NCBI GenBank assembly: GCA_034780895.1
Contig: JAUZTB010000098.1
Span: 87,775,663 to 87,839,662, forward strand
DNA: 64,000 nt
Source: Rhynchobatus australiae
Lineage: Eukaryota
Reading direction: 5' to 3'
Shown: positions 63,291 through 64,000 of the stretch, in pieces
How positions within the stretch are numbered: the stretch's first letter is position 1
Layout: every line of letters begins with the position of its first letter
Position numbers and translations under genes: made by a program
The notes under the pieces: model-generated
The model's input: the letters and a program-made list of their open reading frames with translations, nothing else
The model's database searches: none
What the model was told of the DNA's origin: nothing

Positions 63291-64000
63291 TATAAACCTA
63301 CCAAAGTCTTTAGCTGGATAATTCACCAAAAGGTAGCTCCCATTAATTTCAACATCTTTTACTATACAGCTAGAAATCTGTATACATCACACTGCCCTCT
63401 TCCATCCCCTATCCCTGTGCCAGAACAAAATCATTATTTGCAAAGGTCTGGCAAATTTGTGCTGCTTTTGGAATCCTTTTTCTGTTTTCATTTTCCTTTA
63501 AGTTTTGTCTAATTTCTGCTTCTCAGAATCCAGTGGTGATCAACTTCAACTTTTGCACTTGATTGAAGCCCTGGCCTGGGTTGCTATCGGAATCCTTTCC
63601 TACATATGTTGAGATTTGGGAATGGAATGGGTCTAGAAGTACTGTTGACCTCAAGCTATTTTACCCCCCTTTGTATTCTTTTGTGCTTCTGCCAGTCTTT
63701 GTTCGTGTAAAACCACCTATTACATAGAGGGTAAGATGCCAAGTTGTTGCAGNNNNNNNNNNTCCGGTGCTCTCCTCCCTGGACAGTGATCTCTGGGAGA
63801 ATGCCTAATGGATGACAGTCAGAGAGCAGAGTTTCCAAATGTACCTTCTTCACTGGGCACCATGATTAGTGATTATTGCAGAAATGACAAGGGTGCTTAA
63901 GTAAATATAACCACAGAAGGTGGTGTTGGAATTTTAATTGCTTGGTTCTGCTATTTTAGTTTTATTAAAAAAGCCAGCAAGGTAAGGTAGGCAATTAAAG

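Larger units (their letters stand above)
21747..64000 (+). other. FHOD3: FHOD3 very long intron continuing beyond the window
   Basis: The next expected exon (EKLYNSSGRDLRRALFSLKQIFQ) was not found by eye in the remaining 42 kb. It could lie in an N gap but is more likely downstream. Confidence 0.7.

Noticed and set aside
63972-63992. Strong donor-like caag|gtaagg at the window end
   Set aside because: Upstream sequence does not encode the next FHOD3 peptide and there is no convincing acceptor.
1-64000. Prokaryotic-type systems (CRISPR arrays, operons, prophage)
   Set aside because: No regularly spaced repeat-spacer arrays or dense coding; the sequence is vertebrate intronic DNA.

Overview
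Eukaryotic, AT-rich draft-assembly DNA with many N gaps. The repeat content (V-domain HE1-like SINEs, Deu-domain SacSINE-like SINEs, CR1, Penelope, Rex1/Babar, Tx1, L2) points to a cartilaginous fish, probably a ray. The window lies inside the formin gene FHOD3 on the + strand. Two coding exons are present: 5208-5314 (107 nt) and 21682-21746 (65 nt), which splice in frame and encode part of the N-terminal GBD/FH3 region. The rest is intron; neither the preceding nor the following exon was found. The listed ORFs are chance frames, N-run artefacts or decayed retroelement fragments. Most notable: a family of Penelope-derived termini carrying a minimal type I hammerhead-ribozyme motif, including ultra-short (54-209 bp) insertions with 14-16 bp target-site duplications and inversions. 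Also a 98-bp near-perfect intronic hairpin, an in-frame candidate microexon or recursive splice site, a TSD-bounded Tx1-like insertion, and motif clusters that may be muscle enhancers. Family assignments rest on recalled consensus sequences, and repeat boundaries are approximate.
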